Shown here: positions 52,025-57,831 of the stretch, piece after piece
Layout of the letters: the number at the start of each line of letters is the position of its first letter
How positions within the stretch are numbered: the first letter of the stretch is position 1
NCBI GenBank assembly: GCA_001793865.1
Contig: MGIS01000023.1
Location: 1-57,831 of the forward strand
Reading direction: 5' to 3'
Length of the DNA stretch: 57,831 nucleotides
Source of the DNA: Candidatus Wolfebacteria bacterium RIFCSPLOWO2_01_FULL_47_17b
Lineage (GTDB): Bacteria; Patescibacteriota; Minisyncoccia; UBA6257; JAGOQP01
Translations under genes and position numbers: made by a program
The notes under the pieces: generated by a model
The model's input: only the letters and a program-made list of their open reading frames with translations
Database searches by the model: none
What the model was told of the DNA's origin: nothing

Positions 52025-52054
52025 CCAAAACTTCTGTCATGACAGAAGTTTTGG
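52025..52054. repeat. 30-bp perfect palindrome
   Basis: ccaaaacttctgtca|tgacagaagttttgg. Confidence 0.9.
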
Positions 52055-52071
52055 CCGCCCTACGCATGTTT

Positions 52072-52112
52072 GGAAAATAAAAAACATCCATAAGGCGTTT
52101 GCCTGGGATGTT
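52072..52112 (-). terminator. intrinsic terminator of 52133..52468
   Basis: Minus strand aacatcc..ggatgtt followed by a T-run. Confidence 0.6.
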
Positions 52113-52132
52113 CAAATAATTTTTTCACTGTG

Positions 52133-52468
52133 CTAAGTCCTTCTCGGAAATACTCCTTCACCTTCCCACCAATGTCTAATCTTATCATAATTGAAAAAAA
52201 ATTTTAGAAAATTACGGATCCATGATTCTCCTATAGTCGCACTACTATATTCTCCCGATTTCCTCCCATAATAAATTTTTCTTTCGTTAATTAAGTCGAT
52301 CCCAATTTCCTCAATCTCCATAAAAGAAGCGTATGTATCTCCTACTGGGATTAATAGTTTTTCTCCTACATGCAAAAGAAGATCTTTTTCCAGAGGAAAA
52401 TAATGGTTTCCACCTGCGCAAGTGGAAAGTTCTTCGTTAATGACGAAAACATAAATGCAGCATTTCAT
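52133..52468 (-). CDS. hypothetical protein (111 aa)
   Basis: ORF only. Confidence 0.55.
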   Translation of the reverse strand: MKCCIYVFVINEELSTCAGGNHYFPLEKDLLLHVGEKLLIPVGDTYASFMEIEEIGIDLINERKIYYGRKSGEYSSATIGESWIRNFLKFFFNYDKIRHWWEGEGVFPRRT

Positions 52469-52582
52469 TTTTTAACTCCTTAAATTTAAGTGGTAAGTTA
52501 CTGACCGTATGTAAACATTATACGATCCGTCTTGTCAATCCCCTGGTTGGCACAAAATATTTTTTGCGGGTATACTTTTGTC

Positions 52583-55500
52583 ATGTCTTTCGTCCATCTG
52601 CATTGTCATTCTCATTATTCCCTACTGGACGGGCTGGCGAAGATTGACGATTTTGTTGCTCGCGCCAAAGAGCTCGATATGCCCGCGCTTGCGCTCACTG
52701 ACCACGGCAATTTGTACGGCTCAATAGAATTTTACAAGCGCGCCACAAAGGAGGGCATTAAACCCATACTCGGCGTGGAGGCATACCTTGCACCGAAAAG
52801 CAGATTCGACAAAAGCGGTTCGCAAACAGACAAGTATTTTCATATTACACTCCTGGCAAAAAACAACGCCGGCTGGAAAAACCTCATCAAGCTCGTCACA
52901 CGCGCCAACCTTGAAGGATTTTATTACAAACCACGGATCGATAAGGAACTTTTGGAGAAATACCGCGAAGGACTTGTGGTGCTCTCGGGATGCCCAAGCG
53001 GAGAAATCCCCCGCTTACTGTCCCGCGGCCAGCGGGCGGAGGCGAAAGCGGCTCTTGAATTTTACAAGAGAAACTTCGGAGACGATTTTTATATTGAGAT
53101 CTGGAAACAGCCACGCATTGCCGATATGGAAAAGCTTGTGCCGCAGCTTGTGGCGCTTGCACGAGAAACGCAAACGCCGCTTGTTGCGACACAAGATATG
53201 CACTACCTACGCAAAGACGATTCGTTCTTTCACGATATTCTGCTTGCCGTACAGACTCAGAACAAGATCACCGATGAAGACCGTATGTCGTTGCGCGCGG
53301 GAGATTTTTCTATGCGCACGCCCGATGAAATGAGAGAATTATTCACGGAATACCCCGAAGCAGTCGAGAATACGCTCAAGATCGCCGAGAAATGCAATGT
53401 GGAGCTCGAGCTTGGAAAAACCCTTATCCCAAAATTTAAATTACCGGAAGGGGAAAATAATTTTTCGTATTTGCGGAAGTTGGTTGACCAGCGAGTAAAA
53501 GATCGATATTCGGAAATAACTACTGAAGTCCATGAACGGATACAGTATGAGCTTTCGGTCATAGAAAAGACCGGATTTGCCGATTACTTTTTGATTGTGC
53601 AGGATTTTATCAACTGGGCAAAGAAGCGCAAGATCGTGGTCGGGCCGGGACGTGGGTCTGCCGCGGGAAGCATTATCTCCTACATCCTCAAAATTACCGA
53701 TATAGACCCCATCCGCTACAATCTTCTGTTTGAGCGATTTTTGAATCCCGACCGCATCCAGATGCCGGATATCGATATTGACTTTACCGACGTGCGGCGC
53801 GACGAGGTGATGGGATACCTGAAGGAAACGTATGGCGAGAACAATGTCGCGCATATCATTACATTCGGGACCATGGCGTCCCGCGCGGCGATACGGGACG
53901 TCGGACGGGCACTTGGGTTTTCGTACTCGTTCTGCGACGGCATCGCCAAGCTCGTGCCATTCAATTTCTCCCTCCATAAAACCCTACAGCAGGTTCCCGA
54001 GTTCAAACAGCAGTACCAGACGAATACCGACGTTCGCAAGCTTGTGGATGCCGCCCAGCATTTGGAGGGTGTGGCACGGCATGCGAGCGTGCATGCCTGC
54101 GGCATCGTGATATCGGAGCACGCGCTGACCGAATACCTGCCCTTGCAGTTTGCTCCGCAGGACCCCAACACCATCATGACGCAGTTTGAGTGGCACACGG
54201 TGGAGGATATGGGACTTTTGAAAATGGACCTGCTTGGACTCAAGAACCTCACCATCATCGAAGACACACTTCGGCTCGTGCGTGACAAACAGGGCACCGA
54301 CATAGATATTTCCAAAATCCCGCTTGATGATACCGAGACGTTTAAAAATATTTTCCAACCGGGAAACACGACCGGCGTATTTCAAGTTGAATCCAGCGGT
54401 ATGCGCCGCTACCTCAAGGAGCTCAAGCCAAACGATCTGGAAGATATCATCGCCATGGTCGCATTGTACCGCCCGGGCCCGATGGAGCTTATCCCCCAGT
54501 ATATCGCCCGCAAATTCGGCAAGGAAAAGGTTTTGTACCTGCATCCTAAGCTTGAGCCGATTCTTTCACCGACGTACGGCATAGGGGTGTATCAGGAGCA
54601 GATGATGCGCATCGCCCGCGACCTTGCCGGCTTTACACTCTCAGAAGCGGACATTCTCCGCAAAGCGATCGGGAAAAAAATTCAGAAACTTCTGGACGAA
54701 CAGGAAGAAAAGCTCGTGCAAGGTATGATACAAAACAGCATTGATCCCAAGACCGCCAAAAAGATCTGGGACCTATTCCCGCCATTTGCCCGTTACGGAT
54801 TCAACCGCAGCCACGCGGTGTGCTATGCCATGATCGCGTACCAGACCGCGTATCTGAAGACGCATTTCCCGGTGGAGTTTACGACGAGCCTCTTTAACTC
54901 TGACAAAAACGATATCGACCGCATATCGTTCCTGGTTGCCGAAGCCAAAAAAATGGGCATCCAGACGCTCCCGCCGGACATCAATCAGGGCTTTTCGCTT
55001 TTTACTCCCGAGGGTGGCGATGTCCGCTTTGGGCTTCTTGCCATCAAAAATGTAGGAACCGGCATTGTGGAAGCGATCACTCAGGATCGCGCCCGCAGAG
55101 GGCCGTTTGGATCGTTTGAGGATTTTCTCTCACGTATAATCCATAAGGATCTGAACAAAAAGTCGTTCGAGTCCCTTATAAAGGCGGGGGTTTTCGATTC
55201 GCTGGGAACCGAGCGTAACCGGCTTTTGGAAAATCTGGATGTCATACTCGCCTCATCGCAGCACATCCGCAAGGCCGAGCAGAATAACCACCATTCCCTT
55301 TTCGGCGGATCTGCCGCGTCCACCCCTTCGTTGCGGCTCAAGGACGTCGCCGCCGCCACCAACGAACAAAAGCTGTTCTGGGAAAAAGCATTGCTTGGCT
55401 TTTATATATCAGACCATCCGCTCAAAAAGTACGAAAAATTTTACCGAGAAAAAAAGGCGGTACCGATCTCGTCCATTATTAAAAACGAGAACCGTTCTTC

Positions 55501-55753
55501 CCTTCCCCGTTTTATCCGGATCGGCGGTGTTATAACAAATGTCAAAAAAATTGTCGCCAAGAACAACAAAGAGATCGCGTTCGTGCGCATCGAGGATACA
55601 AGCGACAGTATGGAGCTTGTGGTATTTTCGGAGATACTTTCCAAAAAACCCGAGGCGTGGCTGCCCAACAGCATCGTCGTGGTGCAGGGCAAGCTGTCTA
55701 TGCGCGACTCTGAGCCCAAGCTTATCGCCGAGGAAGTTGTCCGGTTGAATTAA
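52583..55753 (+). CDS. dnaE: DNA polymerase III alpha subunit
   Basis: Start MSFVHLHCHSHYSLLDG at 52583 (track 52532). PHP, polymerase core and OB-fold regions present. Confidence 0.97.
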   Translation: MSFVHLHCHSHYSLLDGLAKIDDFVARAKELDMPALALTDHGNLYGSIEFYKRATKEGIKPILGVEAYLAPKSRFDKSGSQTDKYFHITLLAKNNAGWKNLIKLVTRANLEGFYYKPRIDKELLEKYREGLVVLSGCPSGEIPRLLSRGQRAEAKAALEFYKRNFGDDFYIEIWKQPRIADMEKLVPQLVALARETQTPLVATQDMHYLRKDDSFFHDILLAVQTQNKITDEDRMSLRAGDFSMRTPDEMRELFTEYPEAVENTLKIAEKCNVELELGKTLIPKFKLPEGENNFSYLRKLVDQRVKDRYSEITTEVHERIQYELSVIEKTGFADYFLIVQDFINWAKKRKIVVGPGRGSAAGSIISYILKITDIDPIRYNLLFERFLNPDRIQMPDIDIDFTDVRRDEVMGYLKETYGENNVAHIITFGTMASRAAIRDVGRALGFSYSFCDGIAKLVPFNFSLHKTLQQVPEFKQQYQTNTDVRKLVDAAQHLEGVARHASVHACGIVISEHALTEYLPLQFAPQDPNTIMTQFEWHTVEDMGLLKMDLLGLKNLTIIEDTLRLVRDKQGTDIDISKIPLDDTETFKNIFQPGNTTGVFQVESSGMRRYLKELKPNDLEDIIAMVALYRPGPMELIPQYIARKFGKEKVLYLHPKLEPILSPTYGIGVYQEQMMRIARDLAGFTLSEADILRKAIGKKIQKLLDEQEEKLVQGMIQNSIDPKTAKKIWDLFPPFARYGFNRSHAVCYAMIAYQTAYLKTHFPVEFTTSLFNSDKNDIDRISFLVAEAKKMGIQTLPPDINQGFSLFTPEGGDVRFGLLAIKNVGTGIVEAITQDRARRGPFGSFEDFLSRIIHKDLNKKSFESLIKAGVFDSLGTERNRLLENLDVILASSQHIRKAEQNNHHSLFGGSAASTPSLRLKDVAAATNEQKLFWEKALLGFYISDHPLKKYEKFYREKKAVPISSIIKNENRSSLPRFIRIGGVITNVKKIVAKNNKEIAFVRIEDTSDSMELVVFSEILSKKPEAWLPNSIVVVQGKLSMRDSEPKLIAEEVVRLN

Positions 55754-55768
55754 AGCGGAGAGCTTGTA

Positions 55769-55799
55769 AGGTTCAACCTTGTTGAGCGAGGTTGAACCT
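55769..55799. repeat. EVQP-hairpin element, intergenic copy after dnaE
   Basis: aggttcaacct tgttgagcg aggttgaacct. The 15-nt cgaggttgaacctcg is identical to 47736-47750. Confidence 0.8.
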
Positions 55800-55856
55800 C
55801 GGTCAAATTTCCCTTTCTACATAAAACCCCCCAACCGAAGTTGAGGGATTATATAT

Positions 55857-56087
55857 TTAAAAAATGAGGAAATCGTTGCGCACATCGGGTGGACACAATG
55901 CTTCTCGTAGAACTTTTTGGAGCGCTCTTGGGTTTTTTACCCATTCCTGCATAGTCATCGCATCTACCTGCGATGGCAAACAATCTACCACGGAACTTAT
56001 AAATTTTTTTGTGAGTCTATCTAATGTTTTCTGCCTTTTTGCAGTTTTTTCATTAGATTCATTAAAGGGCTTCTGTCCGTTTTCCAT
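55857..56087 (-). CDS. hypothetical protein (76 aa)
   Basis: ORF only. Confidence 0.45.
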   Translation of the reverse strand: MENGQKPFNESNEKTAKRQKTLDRLTKKFISSVVDCLPSQVDAMTMQEWVKNPRALQKVLREALCPPDVRNDFLIF

Positions 56088-56263
56088 GACAGTTTTCTCC
56101 TTAATATTTAATTATAAATGTGAATTAGGCTCATATCATACCACATCTTTTTCAAAATGCAAATGTACATTCACTGGCGATCGACGAGGAAGTGGTAATT
56201 CTAAAATATCAATTTTATTCTGTATTTTGTTTTTTGGGTAAAAATAAAGTAGAATTCATCTAT

Positions 56264-57831
56264 ATGAAAAAGAACTCTGCTGAGGATGCGATATTTAAAG
56301 CCCGGCATTCGCTCTCTCACCTGCTTGCGATTGCGGTGCTGGAGGCGCACCCGAAGACCAAGCTTGCCATAGGGCCGGTGATAGAAAACGGCTTTTATTA
56401 CGACTTCGATCTTCCCACGCCTTTATCCGATGCCGACCTTCCCGCGTTGGAAAAACGGGTGCGGGAGCTGGTGAAGGAAAAGATTGCTTTTAAAAAATCA
56501 GAACTCACGTCCGCGGGAGCAAAGAAACTTTTTAAACAGGCGCCGTACAAGCTGGAGCTCGTGCAGGAACTTATCAAAAACAAAAAGAAGATTACCGAAT
56601 ACACGTCGGGGGCATTTACGGATCTTTGTTTAGGGCCTCATGTCAAGAGCACGTCCGAAATCAATCCCGACGCATTCAAGCTTACGCACGTTGCGGGTGC
56701 GTACTGGCGAGGAGACGAGAAAAATAAAATGCTCACTCGCATATACGGAGTGGCATTCGCGACGAAAAAGGAACTGGACGAGTATCTCGCGCTACAGGAA
56801 GAGGCACGCAAACGCGATCATAAAAAACTTGGCGTGGAGCTGGATCTATTCACATTCTCCCCTCTAGTGGGGAGCGGACTTCCATTGTGGACGCCGAAAG
56901 GTTCTCTCGTACGGAACCTTCTTGATGATTTCGTTTGGAAACTTCGAAAGGACCGGGGGTACGAGCAGGTGGATATCCCCCATCTCACCAAAAAAGATCT
57001 CTATGAAAAAAGCGGCCATTGGGACAAATTCAAAGACGAGCTGTTCCGCTTCAAAACCCGTGAAGGGCATGAGTTTGCCCTCAAACCTATGAACTGCCCG
57101 CATCATACCCAGATATACGCGCGCAAGCCGCATAGCTATCGCGATCTTCCACAGCGATACGCAAACACAACCAAAGTATACCGCGATGAGCAGTCGGGCG
57201 AAATCGGCGGCCTTTCCCGCGTACGGTCCATTACACAGGACGATGCTCATGTATTTTGCCGGAAAAATCAGGTAAAAGAAGAGATGGGTAAGATTTGGGA
57301 TATTATTCAGATATTTTATGAGGGTTTCGGATTCAAACTGACGCTCCGTCTGTCGTTAAGCGACCCCAAAAATATGAAGGCCTACATCGGGGATGCGGAA
57401 GTTTGGAAAGAATCCGAAAAACAACTACGTGACCTCGTTAGGAGCCGAAAAGCATCGGCGATTGAGGCCCCTGGTGAAGCCGCGTTTTACGGCCCGAAGC
57501 TTGATTTTATTGCAAAAGATTCACTTGGACGCGAATGGCAGGTTGCTACCATTCAACTCGATATGAATATGCCTGAACGGTTTAATTTAGTGTGTACGAA
57601 TGAAAAAGGAAAAGACGAACGGATCGTTATGATACACGCGGCGATTATGGGCTCCATCGAGCGATTCTTGGCGGTGCTTATTGAGCACCTTGCCGGCTCC
57701 TTTCCGACGTGGCTTTCTCCTCTGCAAGTGGCCCTCATCCCGATTTCCGATAAACATATTTCATACGCGATGGACCTCCAACAGGAGCTTGAAGGCAGCG
57801 GCATACGTATGAAGCTTTTTTCAGACAACGA
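56264..57831 (+). CDS. thrS: threonyl-tRNA synthetase (partial; starts at the editing/SAD domain, no TGS domain)
   Basis: Not in track (no stop in window). MKKNSAEDAIFKARHSLSHLLAIAVLEAHP..., RDHKKLGVELDLF, class II core motifs. Antisense track ORFs here are spurious. Confidence 0.93.
   Translation, partial: MKKNSAEDAIFKARHSLSHLLAIAVLEAHPKTKLAIGPVIENGFYYDFDLPTPLSDADLPALEKRVRELVKEKIAFKKSELTSAGAKKLFKQAPYKLELVQELIKNKKKITEYTSGAFTDLCLGPHVKSTSEINPDAFKLTHVAGAYWRGDEKNKMLTRIYGVAFATKKELDEYLALQEEARKRDHKKLGVELDLFTFSPLVGSGLPLWTPKGSLVRNLLDDFVWKLRKDRGYEQVDIPHLTKKDLYEKSGHWDKFKDELFRFKTREGHEFALKPMNCPHHTQIYARKPHSYRDLPQRYANTTKVYRDEQSGEIGGLSRVRSITQDDAHVFCRKNQVKEEMGKIWDIIQIFYEGFGFKLTLRLSLSDPKNMKAYIGDAEVWKESEKQLRDLVRSRKASAIEAPGEAAFYGPKLDFIAKDSLGREWQVATIQLDMNMPERFNLVCTNEKGKDERIVMIHAAIMGSIERFLAVLIEHLAGSFPTWLSPLQVALIPISDKHISYAMDLQQELEGSGIRMKLFSDN

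Noticed and set aside
56398-57828. Four track ORFs (56398-56604, 56640-56867, 56864-57250, 57553-57828)
   Set aside because: All lie inside or antisense to the thrS reading frame, which is open from ATG 56264 to the window end and carries clear ThrRS motifs.

Overview
The window is a 57.8-kb chromosomal fragment that uses the standard genetic code. TGA acts as a stop codon, for example at the ends of recR and of the 24791..25624 methyltransferase. Gene content points to a reduced-genome, CPR/Patescibacteria-like (Parcubacteria-type) bacterium; this placement is inference only, since no rRNA gene is present.

Housekeeping blocks: grpE-dnaK-(membrane ORF)-dnaJ; cysS-dnaB-recR; rplU; a minimal dcw cluster mraZ-rsmH-ftsL-ftsI-murF; rplJ-rplL; rpmG plus three tRNAs; tsf-rpsB; trmD; rpsP plus a KH protein; a short smc; rnc; rpmF-nusB; rnhB; dnaE; thrS. 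Four genes are missing from the ORF track and were recovered by hand: a partial Fic gene at the left edge, rpmG, rpmF, and thrS at the right edge. I found nine tRNA genes and no rRNA gene, CRISPR array, transposase, integrase or reverse transcriptase.

Accessory content:
- a three-gene surface-protein operon (1.3-8.0 kb) that pairs a dockerin-bearing 1382-aa protein with a membrane-anchored cohesin-like protein;
- a roughly 5.7-kb island of orphan small genes (8.1-13.8 kb);
- a 1481-aa protein with ten FN3-like repeats (34.5-38.9 kb);
- several families of intergenic hairpin repeats.

Most interesting observations:
1. A conserved, roughly 160-nt hairpin-rich module is appended to the 3' end of two different tRNA genes (Trp and Glu). 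The two copies show compensatory stem changes, and each ends in a copy of the local tRNA 3' end.
2. A GIY-YIG nuclease cassette is inserted at the anticodon loop of tRNA-Lys, and a related scar sits at tRNA-Asn. In total 4 of the 9 tRNA genes carry partial self-duplications.
3. A palindromic element is inserted in frame in smc and rpsP and also occurs intergenically after dnaE.
4. The 725-aa SMC has no recognisable hinge.

All function calls come from motif recognition by eye. No database search was run.
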